A DNA stretch of 64,000 nucleotides from Octopus sinensis (GCF_006345805.1 NC_043015.1:39494001-39558000), one strand, 5' to 3'; shown: positions 37,901 through 46,895, counted from the stretch's first letter. A program made the numbers and translations. Notes: generated from the letters alone by a model not told the origin.

Positions 37901-38573
37901 TATTATTGCTGTTGTTGTTGTTGTTGTTGTTATTGTTGTTGTTGTTGTTGTTGTTAAGGCAGAGAGCTGGCAGAATTGTTAGTGTGCCAGGCAATATGCT
38001 TAGTGGCATCTTGGCTGTTTCTATGTTCTGAGTTCAAGTTCCACCAGAGTCAGATTTGCCTTTTATTCCTCAAGGGACAAATAGAACAACAACAACTCAT
38101 GTATTGAAATCCACTCATGTTGTCAACACTCCTCCCACTTCCCCTCTTCCCTTTCCACCTCCTCTTTCTCCCTTCCTACAGGGACTGGCCAAAAGTCACC
38201 CAACAGTAAATCAAAATTCCATAAATACTTAATATTCAATTTTATTTTATTCATTCCAATTATGAATGTTCATTAATTGAATGCCTTGAGTTAAAATCAG
38301 TTTTCTTTTTTCAACATTTGTCTAATTATTAGCAGCGTCTCATATAAAATAATTTCTTGTTTTAATCTGATTTACTGTCAGGTGACTTTTGGCCAACCCT
38401 GTATAAGAAACCATTCTGTTGTCTACACTTCTTCTCCTCCAACCCTTCTCTCTCCTCTCTCTGATGCCAGTCCAAAGAACTGTTTCTGTAGACTTACCTT
38501 CCAAGGAAAACTTGAATGTCAATAGAATTATAAACAGTAAATAAATTGTTTTAGAAGACAATCTAACATCCAT
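8602..38573 (-). CDS. Spliced non-classical cadherin (CDHR2/PCDH15/CDH23/Cad99C-like architecture), 25 coding exons, 1255 aa
   Basis: 25 GT-AG-bounded exons with compatible phases sum to 3768 nt. Cadherin motifs LDYD, DEDTKPP, AYDGD, LNRE, DINDNLP, ATDAD, LDRE, DVNDNWP, ASDRD, LDYE, DINDHIP, DEGNPPL; signal peptide, TM helix, C-terminal TQL. Orthology not determined. Confidence 0.9.
10001..10156 (-). mobile_element. Second short copy of the same LINE 3' UTR in (GATA)n
   Basis: Homologous to 20632-20785, with the same GATAGAT|ATGT junction. Confidence 0.7.
10353..10523 (-). CDS. Cadherin exon 24: transmembrane helix ([23 protein letters not shown], then KQK)
   Basis: ctatag| and |gtaagt; 171 nt, phase 2-2; ~23 hydrophobic residues followed by basic residues. 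Confidence 0.92.
11277..11507 (+). mobile_element. tRNA-derived SINE family B with possible 15-bp TSD
   Basis: GGCAGCGAGGTGGCAGAA...GAGTTCAAATTCC head; flanks TATACATCCTGAAGT (11259-11273) and TAGACATCCTGAAGT (11509-11523); many other copies, e.g. 21925, 37688, 47665, 17050(-), 55470(-). Confidence 0.82.
11783..11848 (-). CDS. Cadherin exon 23 ([21 protein letters not shown])
   Basis: ttgtag| and |gtatgt; 66 nt, phase 2-2. Confidence 0.83.
11913..12148. mobile_element. Tigger-like MITE
   Basis: TA|CAGTAATCCCTCG ... CGATGGATTACTG TIRs. Confidence 0.72.
13050..13142 (-). CDS. Cadherin exon 22 ([17 protein letters not shown]...)
   Basis: tttcag| and |gtaagt; 93 nt, phase 2-2. Confidence 0.87.
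13310..13805. mobile_element. hAT/Charlie-like MITE containing a SINE A copy (13486-13692)
   Basis: CAGTGGTTCCCA ... TGGGAACCACTG and TGGGAACCATTG ends; imperfect 8-bp TSD ttatacag/taatgcag. Confidence 0.65.
13848..13942 (-). CDS. Cadherin exon 21 ([17 protein letters not shown]...SLE)
   Basis: ttccag| and |gtaagt; 95 nt, phase 0-2. Confidence 0.85.
14438..14591 (-). CDS. Cadherin exon 20 (KTGELIV...[15 protein letters not shown])
   Basis: ttgtag| and |gtaaca; 154 nt, phase 2-0; DxGxPPLS motif. Confidence 0.94.
15486..15550 (-). CDS. Cadherin exon 19 ([17 protein letters not shown])
   Basis: ttccag| and |gttggt; 65 nt, phase 0-2; AxDxD motif. Confidence 0.9.
16466..16597 (-). CDS. Cadherin exon 18 ([10 protein letters not shown]...IGYIS)
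   Basis: ttgtag| and |gtaagt; 132 nt; DINDH motif. Confidence 0.94.
16913..16994 (-). CDS. Cadherin exon 17 ([23 protein letters not shown])
   Basis: tttcag| and |gtaagt; 82 nt, phase 2-0; LDYE motif. Confidence 0.93.
17268..17625. repeat. (TAA)n microsatellite
   Basis: Direct inspection; similar triplet tracts at 6510-6950, 41415-41632, 49569-49990, 60075-60525. Confidence 0.95.
17648..17739 (+). mobile_element. Dong/R4-like LINE endonuclease-region fragment next to (TAA)n
   Basis: [20 protein letters not shown] / WHLKSETI resembles the KExxKxxKYKDLEI..W.LK motif of REL-type non-LTR elements. Confidence 0.5.
18177..18244 (-). CDS. Cadherin exon 16 ([22 protein letters not shown])
   Basis: ttttag| and |gtaaga; 68 nt; only the phase-0 frame is open, and it supplies the 0-to-2 phase change needed between exons 15 and 17. 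Confidence 0.8.
18327..19137. mobile_element. Mariner-derived MITE with two nested RTE 3' UTR insertions
   Basis: TA|TTGGATTGGTGCATAATTATTGC ... GCAATAATTATGCACTAACCCAA|TA; [15 protein letters not shown] remnant on the minus strand. Confidence 0.8.
19751..19880. repeat. Near-perfect palindrome (~63-bp arms, tiny loop)
   Basis: ATTTATTATATAGAAGGAGCTTC...CTTCAGGA agc TCCTGAAG...GAAGCTCCTTCTATATAATAAAT. Confidence 0.9.
20026..20164 (-). CDS. Cadherin exon 15 (LCSKVPV...[14 protein letters not shown])
   Basis: ctccag| and |gtaagt; 139 nt, phase 2-0; xEN motif. Confidence 0.9.
20632..21210 (-). mobile_element. L1/Tx1-like LINE 3' end inserted in (GATA)n
   Basis: Decayed C-terminus (..[26 protein letters not shown]..) plus 3' UTR; (GATA)n on both sides. 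Confidence 0.65.
21423..21625 (-). CDS. Cadherin exon 14 ([12 protein letters not shown]...[10 protein letters not shown])
   Basis: ttcaaag| and |gttagc; 203 nt, phase 0-2. Confidence 0.92.
21925..22345 (+). mobile_element. Two tandem SINE family B copies with different 3' tails
   Basis: The first ends TGTCCCCTCTATGTTT...CAATAAAGAAAT; the second ends CCCCAAAATTTCAGGCTTTGTGCC. Confidence 0.78.
22573..22722 (-). CDS. Cadherin exon 13 (VFAVE...[10 protein letters not shown]...FIGT)
   Basis: cttcag| and |gtaaga; 150 nt; DVNDN motif. Confidence 0.95.
22820..23272. mobile_element. piggyBac-like MITE with a nested RTE 3' UTR
   Basis: TTAA|CCCATTAGTGCCC ... GGGCACTAATGGA|TTAA. Confidence 0.75.
23433..23567 (-). 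CDS. Cadherin exon 12 (VPFN...STGEL...ILDRET)
   Basis: tttcag| and |gtaagt; 135 nt; LDRE motif. Confidence 0.95.
23856..24165 (+). mobile_element. tRNA-derived SINE family D (tail type 1)
   Basis: GGAAGCACAATGGCCCAGTGGTTAGG...GTTTCGATTCCC head shared with the 35531 and 42547 copies. Confidence 0.75.
24495..24671 (-). CDS. Cadherin exon 11 (AYQTD...[10 protein letters not shown]...ATDADK)
   Basis: ttccag| and |gtaata; 177 nt; DxNDN and AxDxD motifs. Confidence 0.95.
25127..25410. repeat. Fold-back element, ~120-bp arms
   Basis: GATAGCAGCCATC..GCTTAGGACCAGTTGTGTC pairs with GACACAACTGGTCCTAAGC..GATGGCTGCTATC. Confidence 0.85.
25877..25989 (-). CDS. Cadherin exon 10 ([10 protein letters not shown]...LNRET...IYIE)
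   Basis: ttacag| and |gtactt; 113 nt, phase 1-0. Confidence 0.92.
26173..26343. repeat. Inverted repeat (~65-bp arms) directly upstream of the 26368 hammerhead
   Basis: CACTCACTGGTAAAATT...CGTTGCG pairs with CGCAACG...AATTTTACCGGTGAGTG. Confidence 0.8.
26368..26414 (+). ncRNA. Minimal type-I hammerhead ribozyme motif, second copy of the same family
   Basis: GACAC-CTGATGA-A-GCCTGG...TCAGCC-GAAA-CG-TT-GTGTT with one stem II mismatch; same downstream tail as the 50385-50448 copy. Confidence 0.65.
26505..26607 (-). CDS. Cadherin exon 9 (AVNL...[18 protein letters not shown])
   Basis: ttccag| and |gttggt; 103 nt, phase 0-1; AxDxD motif. Confidence 0.92.
27183..27290 (-). CDS. Cadherin exon 8 (NGENL...[11 protein letters not shown]...SVEEE)
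   Basis: ttgtag| and |gtttgt; 108 nt; DxDxxPPxF linker. Confidence 0.92.
27675..27961. mobile_element. hAT-like MITE in a (TG/TA)n tract
   Basis: CAGTGATGGAGTGG ... CCAGTCCGCCACTA imperfect TIRs. Confidence 0.55.
28063..28437. repeat. Fold-back element, ~105-bp arms
   Basis: GCATCAATATAGCTGT...CCAGGCAGATCTTC pairs with GAAGATCTGCCTGG...CAGCTATATTGATGC. Confidence 0.85.
28494..28573 (+). ncRNA. Hammerhead-like motif with weak stem I
   Basis: CTGAAGA-GATTCA...TGAATT-GAAA-C(AGCT)G-TC; the inverted partial copy at ~28455-28489 keeps the fully pairing TGAATC. Confidence 0.5.
29160..29276 (-). CDS. Cadherin exon 7 (MNSYNDTF...KLDYD...NISAL)
   Basis: ctccag| and |gtaaga; 117 nt; LDYD motif. Confidence 0.92.
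31556..31663 (-). CDS. Cadherin exon 6 ([11 protein letters not shown]...VYTIK)
   Basis: ttttag| and |gtgagt; 108 nt, phase 0-0. Confidence 0.85.
32138..32357. mobile_element. piggyBac-like MITE
   Basis: TTAA|CCCTTTAGTGTTT ... AAACACTAAGGG|TTAA. Confidence 0.8.
33032..33130 (-). CDS. Cadherin exon 5 ([10 protein letters not shown]...SVDIPE)
   Basis: ttaccag| and |gtaaat; 99 nt; ends in cadherin xPE motif. Confidence 0.85.
33276..33445 (-). mobile_element. SINE family A copy, internally deleted
   Basis: Head and extreme tail joined directly. Confidence 0.75.
34189..34236 (-). CDS. Cadherin exon 4 ([16 protein letters not shown])
   Basis: ttgcag| and |gtaagt; 48 nt, phase 0-0. Confidence 0.78.
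34754..34872 (-). CDS. Cadherin exon 3 (DSKIFTFPS...RIQVNSQ)
   Basis: ttacag| and |gtaagt; 119 nt, phase 1-0, open frame. Confidence 0.82.
35531..35790 (+). mobile_element. SINE family D (tail type 2)
   Basis: Same head and body; this tail type is also seen at 30110-30280(+) and 3030-3110(-). Confidence 0.72.
36312..36359 (-). CDS. Cadherin exon 2 ([16 protein letters not shown])
   Basis: tttttag| and |gtatgt; 48 nt, phase 1-1; IKE motif at start of EC1. Confidence 0.8.
36658..37182 (+). mobile_element. Internally deleted mariner transposon
   Basis: TA|TTGGGTTGTCCGGAAAGTTC ... GAACTTTCCAGACAACCCAA|TA TIRs; N-terminal ([12 protein letters not shown]) and C-terminal ([17 protein letters not shown]) transposase remnants. 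Confidence 0.88.
38179..38401. mobile_element. Tc1/mariner MITE
   Basis: TA|CAGGGACTGGCCAAAAGTCACC ... GGTGACTTTTGGCCAACCCTG|TA. Confidence 0.85.
38498..38573 (-). CDS. Cadherin coding exon 1: signal peptide [25 protein letters not shown]
   Basis: ATG 38573, hydrophobic core, donor G|gtaagt, phase 1. An acceptor (ttctttgctctttcag) at 38619 implies an upstream non-coding exon. Confidence 0.82.
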
Positions 38574-38895
38574 TTCGGTGAGTTATTGTTTGGTCTTCAA
38601 CCTTCCAGTCTGAGGAATCTGAAAGAGCAAAGAAAACAACCAATAAATATTAGGAATGTCATCATCATCATCATCATTTAATGTCTGTTGTCCATGCTGG
38701 CATGGATTGGACGGTTTAACTAAGGTTGGTAAGCTGGAAGGCTGCACCAGACTCTAGTCTGATTTGGCATGGTTTTCTATAACTAGATGCCCTTCCTAAT
38801 GCCAACCACTCTGAGAGTGTAGTGGGTGCTTTTATGTGTCACCAGTACGTGTGCCATTTGTGTGCCCCTCTTATCTGCCACCTTTGTTACTTTAC

Positions 38896-39063
38896 CTCAG
38901 CCACTTTACCTCCACAAGGCCCAACACTTGAAAGGAACTCAGCCACTTTGCCTCTTTGAGGCCCAGTGTTTGAAAGGAATTCAGCCACTTTGCCTCCAGG
39001 ATGCCCAACACTTGAAAGGAACTCAGCTGCCTTGCCTCCATGAGGCCCAATGCTTGAAAGGTG
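38896..39063. repeat. 42-bp tandem repeat x4 within an RTE 3' UTR copy
   Basis: Unit CTCAGCCACTTTGCCTCCA.GAGGCCCAA...TTGAAAGGAA. Confidence 0.9.
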
Positions 39064-39759
39064 TTCTTTATGTGCCACCAGCACAAGTGCCATTTAACAT
39101 GACTGTGATCTCAAGCACAGCATATCACTTGAGTAGTTTAGCTATTGAGCTCAAAAGAAACTGGCCCTTATGAGTCAGTATTACTCAAGAAGGTAACTTT
39201 TACTAAATAAAGAATGCTTCAGAAATTTGATAAATAAATGGTGGATTAGCAAAGTCATTAGACTGGAGTTTGTTCCAGCTTTCTACACTTTGAGTTCAAG
39301 TTCTGTTGAGGTTAACTTCGCCTTTTTCCCTTCCAAGGTCAATAAATATAATACCAGTTAATTTCTCAGAGAGCAATTCCTTAACAACCAATCCATTTCT
39401 CTCTTGGAATCAACTGTGTTGTGCAATGAGAAGGGTTACAGGAAATCAGTCCCTGCACCAGTTTCCCCAGAGGTACCAATGGATTTAGCACAAAGGTAAC
39501 CACATCTAGAAAAACTGATATGGTTCTGGAAACAAGGACAAGCCAATGCCTGGTAGGGGAATGAAATGGCAATAAAGAAAAGAAGAACTTGATGAATAAT
39601 AATTCTGATAGCATTTCATAGAAAACCTGTGAAGACTGAACCATTTCAATCACAGACAATTGGTCGACAAAGGATTCTTTGTCATAAGATTTATATGGAT
39701 GACTCAAGTCTTGTGAGTGAGTTTGGTAGATGGAAACTAGAAGAAGCCTGTCATATATA

Positions 39760-39980
39760 TATATAAATTAGAAAAAAAATACCTTTTATCAATTCAAAAT
39801 GAACAATTAAATTACACCATCTAGAAAATTACATATAATAAAACTATTAAAATCAAAATAACAATAATATACCGATGATTAAGTAAATTGCAAAATAATA
39901 ATAAAAACGTTTTCTAGATGGTGTAATTTAATTGTTCATTTTGAATTGATAAAAGGTGGTTTTTTTCTAATTCATATATA
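39760..39980. repeat. Inverted repeat (~70-bp arms) inserted in the microsatellite of a SINE A copy
   Basis: CCTTTTATCAATTCAAAATGAACAATTAAATTACACCATCTAGAAAA and its exact reverse complement. Confidence 0.85.
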
Positions 39981-40943
39981 TATATTATATTTTGTGAAAT
40001 TTGATTTAGTATTTCTAAATTGAATTTTTCCCTGTAAGTTAAGAATAATATTCCCTCAAATAATAATAATAATTATTATCAGTATATGTATATATATATC
40101 TATACACACACATACACACACACACACCACACACACACACATGTACATATATGTGAGTGAGTAACTTCCTGTCTGTGTTTGTCCTCCACCACTGCATGAA
40201 AACTGGTGTTGGTGTGTTTATGTCCCTATAACTTAGCAGTTTAGCAAAAGTGACTGACAGAATAAATACTGGGGATCGACTGTCTCGAAGGTGGTGCTCC
40301 AGCATGGCCACAGTCTAATGACAGAAACAAATAAATGATAATAAAAAAAAACAAAAGCACAAAGAAAATATTTCCGACAATGCAAAGCCTGTGAATGCGA
40401 CCTACCCGATTCGTGAACCTCCAATCAAATTGCAGCATTCTGGTCATCTTTTTAAAGCGGGATGTTGCTATATAGACAAAGACAGAAGAAGAAAGATGAT
40501 GAATGGTTAAAGATTGGAATTTTAATCAGAGGATTAATATAAATCCATTTGTTTAAACAAAACAATGATTGTTAACATCTGACAACGAAATTATTTCCTG
40601 TTTACATCGAAAGAAGAAATCTACAAAAAAAAAAACAAAAAAAAAACAAAAAAAAAAAACAGAAAAACCACATTTTTATCATATTTTTGTCTGAAACAGA
40701 CTCACACGGCACCAAAGGCCCTCCTTCAATTCATTTCTGTTTCCCTTATTATTGTTATTATTATTATTATACCCAACCTTCTTATTTTTAGTATCCTACC
40801 CTCTTCTCCGCTTTTTGAAAAAAAAAAAAAAAAGATCCTTCCCCCCCGCCTCCATCACCCCCACCCCCCTGCTCTGTGGAAGAAGTATGAAAAAGTATAA
40901 CTTAATAGGATTAGAGTGTTTGATGGTCTGTGTAAATTATTAC

Positions 40944-40981
40944 GGGGTGGGGTGGGTCGGGCGGGGGAGTAGGGTAGTGGG
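40944..40981. promoter_or_regulatory. G-run cluster (potential G-quadruplex) with GGGCGG box; candidate promoter region
   Basis: GGGGTGGGGTGGGTCGGGCGGGGGAGTAGGGTAGTGGG, ~240 bp upstream (minus orientation) of a gtgagt donor at 40700-40705. Confidence 0.3.
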
Positions 40982-42546
40982 AGTAGTGAGGGATGTGGGT
41001 GGTGGTGGTGGTGGCGATGGTGGTGGAAAATACGAGTGTAAAAGATGTTGTAGAACCGCGAGGAATGTGGTCGGTTGGTTTTTGTGAATGTGAAGTTTTT
41101 GTAATTTGAAAAGCTGACATACTTCTGGGACGAATGATGGGAAAAAAATATTTGGAGGAGGAGGAGGAAGAGGAGGAGGAGACACAATGAGGGTGACGGG
41201 GAGAGGAGGAGAGAGGAGAGAGGAGACGTGTCAAACGGTTTAGCTGAAGTATGAAAGGGGTTAAAGGAATTAAGAGAATTAGAGCCGGGTCTTAATGGAG
41301 TAAGCAGTGTGTGTGTGTGTGTGTGTGTGATGGAGGGGAGGGACACAGTTAAACAGGAAACTGCTGAAGTTGGTACAGAAAGATTTGGTAACTAGTGAAA
41401 TGGTTTGTTCTTAATCATCATCATCATCATCGTTGTCATCGTCATTGTCATCGTCATCATCGTCATCATAGTCATCATTGTCATCGTCATCATCATCACC
41501 ATCGTCATCATCATCATCATCCTCATCATCATCGTCATCGCCATCATCATCATCATCGTCATCATCATCATCATCATCATCAACATTATCGTCATTGTCA
41601 TCGTCATCGTCGTTATCATCATCATCATCATTATTTAACATCCATTTTCCATGCTGCTGTGGGTTGGATGGCTTGATAGTAACTGATAATGCCAGGGGCC
41701 GCACCAGGTCCCATAGTTGTCAGTTTGGGCTTGATTTCTACAGCTGGGTGCCCTTACGGAAAACATTTTTGACACGTGCAATGTTAGATGGAAGCAAAGC
41801 AGAGACAGGCTGAGTAACAAATTCTGGGAGATTTAGTATATTTAAAGGAATGATATTTTCATAAAAGACAGTAATGGCTTAGAGTTATGTCTTTACGAAT
41901 TTACTGTTCTAACTTTTCATATCTGTCATCTATTTTATTATAAATGTAACAAGGGAGTTTCTTGTTGACCAATGGAGGACACAGGCCTTGTAGTGATCCA
42001 ATGAATGAAGGAGCCTTTTTGTGACCCAGGAAAGGAGAAGCAAGCTCCTCATCTCCCAATGAATGAGTACCTAGCAAAATTTGATTCTTTATCAAGTCAA
42101 CAAAATGAATCCCATATCAAACCAATGAGGAAGACCCTATTATGTCCACAAGGATGGGGTGGAGGGTGGGAGCTACATTGAGCCAGTGCCACTTAAAAAG
42201 CACTCGTGCTAGTGCCACATAACAAGCCCTGGTGATGGTGCCATGTAAAAAGCACCTGTGACACTCTGTAAAGGGGTTGGTGTCGGGGAGGGTATCCTGT
42301 CATAGAAACCATGCCAAAGCAAATATGGAAACTGGTATGGCCCCAGCTTGGCCAAATCTTATCAAATTGTCCAACCCAGGCCAGCATGGACAATAGACAT
42401 TAAACAAGGATGATGATGATGATGATGATATCTGTATCAAGCCTGTTTTAGCTGCTAAAAATAGCAGTTTAATCTTCCTAAAATCATATCCACCCATCTT
42501 AAAAAAGATGGGCATATTAAATAATGAGGTCTTAAATAGATTATGG

Positions 42547-42850
42547 TGGAGGCACATGGCCTAGTGGTTAGAGCAGCGGACTTGCGATCGAGGGATTGCA
42601 GGTTTGAATCTCAGACTGGCAATGTGTGTATTTATGAGTGAAACACCTAAGCTCCATGTAACTCTGACAGAAGGTAATGGCGATCGTCTGCTGACTCTTT
42701 CGCCACAACTTTCTCTCACTCTTTCCTCCTGCATCTTGCAGCTCACCTGTGATGGACTGGTGTCCCATCCAGATGGAGAACCTATACGCCAAGGAAACCG
42801 GGAAACTGGCCCTTATGAGCCAGGCATGGCTCGAGAAGGAACAAACAAAC
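42547..42850 (+). mobile_element. SINE family D (tail type 3)
   Basis: Same head; tail CCTGTGATGGACTGG...GGAAACTGGCCCTTATGAG shared with 14610-14793. Confidence 0.72.
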
Positions 42851-43755
42851 AAATAGATTGTGTCTGCTGAAAATGCAAAGTATTTATAACTGGAATGTCT
42901 TATCCTAAACTTGTATCAGGACTCACCTGTGGTAAATCAAAGCAATTTTTTATGTTTATGAAATACATTTGACAACAATAACCTACAACAGATATTTGTT
43001 TCTCAAAATAAAAGTTCCTGGCTTTGGGTAAGAGAAAATACAGGAGGATCAGTTAATTACGATTTTATCCAACATATTCCCCTCTCAGATTCATACACTT
43101 ATGGCAACAGCGCCCCCTGTTTTTCTAAGACCTGTACAAGAACTTGGAAGGTTGTGCCTCCGACCAAACCTTTCATGATACTCTCAAAGTCAGAAACTTT
43201 TCAGCACCCCCTGATCAGTTTTTACTAAAATTCAGAAAACCTTTAAAACCAGAGAATCAGTAAGGTTGCCACGTTAAGGCCCTAATACAATGATAATTAC
43301 AAACTACTTGGTCACAAGTTCCAGTCTCACTGATGCAACCACTATATTGTGTCCCTGAGTATCTTCTACCTTTATTCAATGTCTACATGGGTGCCACATG
43401 TCAGATGTTGAAATGATTGCAGATCAATGTGAAACGAAGTGCTTTGCTTAAGAACACAATGCAACCCCCAGCCTGGGAATCGAACCCACGATCTCACAAT
43501 CGTGATTGTAACACATTAACCACTGAGTCATATATATATTTATATTCATGTATGTGTATATGTCATTGTTTTAACTTCCATTTTTCTATGATTGCATGGG
43601 TCAGAGGGAATTTGTTGAGGCTGGATGCCCTTCCATTCACTAACTTTCAGCCATTTCCAAGCAAGGTAATATTTCATGAAAGACTGGAAACAAATGACAC
43701 CATTTGTTACCATCTGCTCTACAATAAGGTGTCACAAATTGACAAACCCAAACTC

Positions 43756-43763
43756 TCATACAT

Positions 43764-43850
<87 letters not shown>

Positions 43851-44815
43851 GACTCACACAGTCATGCAAACATGCATACATACATAAATGCATGCATACA
43901 AGCATCCATCCATCCATACATACATACATACACACATACATACATAGATAACACATACATACATATATACATACACACACATACATACATACATTCATAC
44001 ATACACAAATACATACATACACATACATACACATATACATACATATATACATACACATACACACATACATACGCAAACATACATACATACACACATACAT
44101 ACATACATACAAACATACATACAAACATACATACATACATACATACATACATACATACAAACATGCATACATACAAACATACATACATACACATACATAC
44201 ATACATGCATACATATATACATACATACATACAAACATACATACATACATACAAACACACATACATACATATATACATACATACATACATACATTCATAC
44301 ATACATGCATACATACATATATACATACATCCATACGTACACATACATACATACATACATACATACGTACATACATACATACATACGTACATACATACAC
44401 ACACACATACACACATACACATACATACACACATACATACATACATACATACACACATACATACGCACATACCTACATACATACAAACATACATACATAC
44501 ATACATATATACACACATACATACATACATACATACATACATGCATACATATATACATACACATACACACATACATACACATAGATACATACATAGATAC
44601 AAACATACATACATACATACACAAACACATACACACATACATACACACACATGCATACATACATACACACATACATACACATATATACATACATACATAC
44701 AAAAATACAAACATTCATACATACAAACATACATACATGCATACATACATACATACATACATACATACTACATACATACATACATACATACATACATACA
44801 TACACACACAGACAC
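43756..44815. repeat. ~1-kb (CA)n/(CATA)n compound microsatellite
   Basis: Direct inspection; source of the spurious HTYI/MYVC ORFs. Confidence 0.95.
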
Positions 44816-45065
44816 ACGTGGTTGGGAAGCAAGCTTCTTACCACTCAGCCACTCCTGTGCCTTTTGTTGCTCACAAAGTTTTCTTTTTTCTCAAAATTAA
44901 AAAAACAAAACAAAAAAAAACCATAGGATTAGAATTTTCTTCAGAACTTTCAAAAAATATTTTGAAAAAAATATCCAAAACAGTAAATAATTTAATGGGA
45001 AGTCAGAGATGGACGACAAGTTGAATGGTGGGAAATGTGTAACTCAGAGCACTGGAATTAGGGGT

Positions 45066-45608
45066 CACACTGGTGAGACCCATATTGGAGTACAGGATTC
45101 AAGCCTCTTCTCCTTATCTCCTCAAAGACATACATCATCTCGAAAGAGTCCAGAAGCTGGCTACCTGCATGGTTCTTGGTCTCAAGCATTTGTCTTATGA
45201 AGAAAGGCTGAAGACGCTTGACCTTTATTCTCTAGAAAAACGACGACGCTGTGGTGATCTCATTCTTGCTCACAACATCATAAGTGGAAAGTATAACCAC
45301 TCAAAAGAGCTGTTCTCCACTCCTGCTCCAGAGCGTCGGCTGCGGGGTCACTCCGAAAAGCTCTATCTGTGACGATTTCATCTCAATCGAAGGAGAGGGG
45401 CTTTCCTCCGTCCGGGTTGCAGATCCGTGGAATAAGCTGCCGGACGAGATAGTGAAGATACCAACGACCACTTGGTTCAAAGTCTCCCTTGACCAGAAAT
45501 AGCCTGAACTCTTTGCATGAACACCACCCTGTACATAACTCCATGTCCCTCTACATGGCCTTGTTTTTTGCTTTTTGAGCCAAAAAGTTAACTTAACTTA
45601 ACTTAACT
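45066..45608 (+). mobile_element. CR1-group LINE 3' fragment
   Basis: LVRPILEY...LERVQKLAT...SYEERLKTLDLYSLEKRR..GDLI...LRGH...WNKLP; (AACTT)n tail. Confidence 0.9.
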
Positions 45609-46208
45609 TAATTTATTAAAGAACTGGCTGGCCCCGCACCATCCAAAAAGATAGAATATGGATGGTAATTCAAAATAATACACTTCTCAATGTTATTTAG
45701 TGGTTGTATTTTGAGATGTGACATCAATCCATACAAACATTCACATACTTCCCTTGTACATGCACACACACACACAAACACACATATATGCACACAGAGT
45801 CGAAATATTGTTTGATTCTGTTTGTTCACTGTAGATTTGCCATCATCCCTTCCTTCCTCACTCATATATTGTGACAAAGAAAAACTTGCCAGCCTCGTCT
45901 GGCCCCCATGCCGGTGGCACGTAAAAAGCACCATCTGATCGTGGCTGTTGCCAGCCTCGTCTGGCACCTGTGCTGATGGCACGTAAAAAGCACCCACTAC
46001 ACTCTCAGAGTGCTTGGTGTTAGGAAGGGCATCCAGGTGTAGAAACTCTGCCAGATCAGATTGGAGCCTGGTGCAGCCTCCTGGCTTACCAGTCCTCAGT
46101 CAAACCGTCCAACCCATGCCAGCATGGAAAGCTGACGTTAAACAACGACAATGAAGATGATGATGATGACGATATACATATATATACATACGCATACATA
46201 CACACATA

Positions 46209-46256
<48 letters not shown>

Positions 46257-46458
46257 AAGAAAGAGAGAGAGAGCGAGAGAGAGAGAGAGTGAGAGAGAGA
46301 GAGAGAGATATATATATTATCTGGGTAATAGCCTTATAGCATGTTCTCAAAAGTTCCGCTTTGTGTATCAGCTACCAGATGGTATCATACAGCTGGATAT
46401 TTCATTTTACTGAACATGCAAGTGGAAATCTGTGAATATCTGTACAGTTTATACAAAA

Positions 46459-46799
46459 GAATTTTAATGTAAGATGGAAGGAACAGGCTTTATAACAAGT
46501 CACTACAATTGTTTCAGTACATCAGCACCAGTTGGTAATTGTTGAACGCTTCATATATTGTACATATTGCTGTATTAATATGATCCAACAATAGTTGTGT
46601 ACATGCACTTCTTCAGGTGAGTAGAGTCATTACAGTACTAGGTGCATGTATACAGATATTATTGGATCATATTAATGCAGTAATGTGTATAATATATATA
46701 TGTGGCGTTCAACAATAACCAACTGGTGCTAATGTACCGAAACAACTGTAGTGACTTGTAATTAAGCCTGTTCATTCCATCTTCTCAAATTAAAATTCT
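46459..46799. repeat. Fold-back element, ~150-bp arms, Penelope-like
   Basis: Arms 46459-46609 and 46640-46799; hammerhead motif spans the left arm. Confidence 0.85.
46500..46620 (-). ncRNA. Type-I hammerhead motif with an 80-nt loop II, inside a fold-back element
   Basis: TCAC-CTGAAGA-AGTGCAT...ATGTACT-GAAA-C(AATT)G-TA-GTGA: 4-bp stem I, 7-bp stem II, palindromic tetraloop, GUA cleavage triplet. Confidence 0.6.
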
Positions 46800-46895
46800 T
46801 ATATGCATACATATACGTGTATTTGTGTGTGCGTGTGTGTATGTGTATATTAGTATATATGTATGTATATGTGTATGCATGTGTGTGTATTTATG

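Noticed and set aside
43756-45024. Long ORFs of 230-340 aa (HTYI/MYVC repeats), and the poly-I, poly-M, poly-H and poly-D ORFs elsewhere
   Set aside because: Translations of (CATA)n, (ATT)n and (CAT)n microsatellites; no coding complexity.
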